Shown here in pieces: positions 32,445 through 32,532 of a stretch of 32,532 nt of DNA. The notes beneath the pieces are model-generated. The model worked only from the letters and a program-made list of their open reading frames with translations, was not told where the DNA came from and made no database searches. Every line of letters begins with the position of its first letter. Position 1 is the first letter of the stretch. The position numbers were made by a program, and so were the translations under genes. The stretch comes from Catajapyx aquilonaris (taxonomy: Eukaryota): contig JYFJ02004423.1 in the NCBI GenBank assembly GCA_000934665.2, positions 1 to 32,532 of the forward strand, given 5' to 3'.

Positions 32445-32532
32445 CTTGCGGACGGCCGCCGAGCCCTCCGATTGGTCCGCCCCCGTATTATTGCCGCCAC
32501 CTCCCCATTGGCCCCCGTCCATTGTTGCCGCG
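32445..32532. promoter_or_regulatory. Possible promoter: GC/CpG-rich patch with two CCAAT boxes and a GC box
   Basis: ATTGG at 32471-32475 and 32507-32511; CCGCCC at 32477-32482; abuts a very AT-rich tract (about 32000-32340). Confidence 0.3.

Noticed and set aside
1..32532. Prokaryotic-type systems (CRISPR, operons, defence islands), rRNA and tRNA genes
   Set aside because: The sequence is spliceosomal-intron-containing eukaryotic DNA; I saw no repeat-spacer array or recognisable structural RNA gene.

Overview
Eukaryotic genomic DNA, probably arthropod (short GT-AG introns, sequence style of the two proteins; taxon is my inference). It holds two convergent, intron-containing genes. (1) On + (1428-16097) are the last 26 coding exons of the giant N-degron E3/E4 ligase UBR4 (p600; Drosophila purity of essence). 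They join in frame to 9657 nt (3218 aa + stop), from the beta-propeller through the DOC domains, Zn-binding region, calmodulin-binding helix and hemiRING-UZI end. The 5' part, including the UBR box, lies upstream of the window. (2) On - are four coding exons (29558 to 20110) of a GAPR-1/GLIPR2-like CAP (SCP/PR-1) gene whose start exon I could not locate. Introns carry several non-autonomous transposon remnants. I found no novel multi-gene system. The best leads are: an apparent in-frame loss of a conserved UBR4 propeller segment at a (GGA)n tract (real or assembly artefact); a candidate 63-nt GC-donor cassette exon in UBR4; a CAP domain lacking 3 of 4 His/Glu tetrad residues; and an intact Harbinger-type MITE. 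All homology statements are from memory of the families, not database searches.
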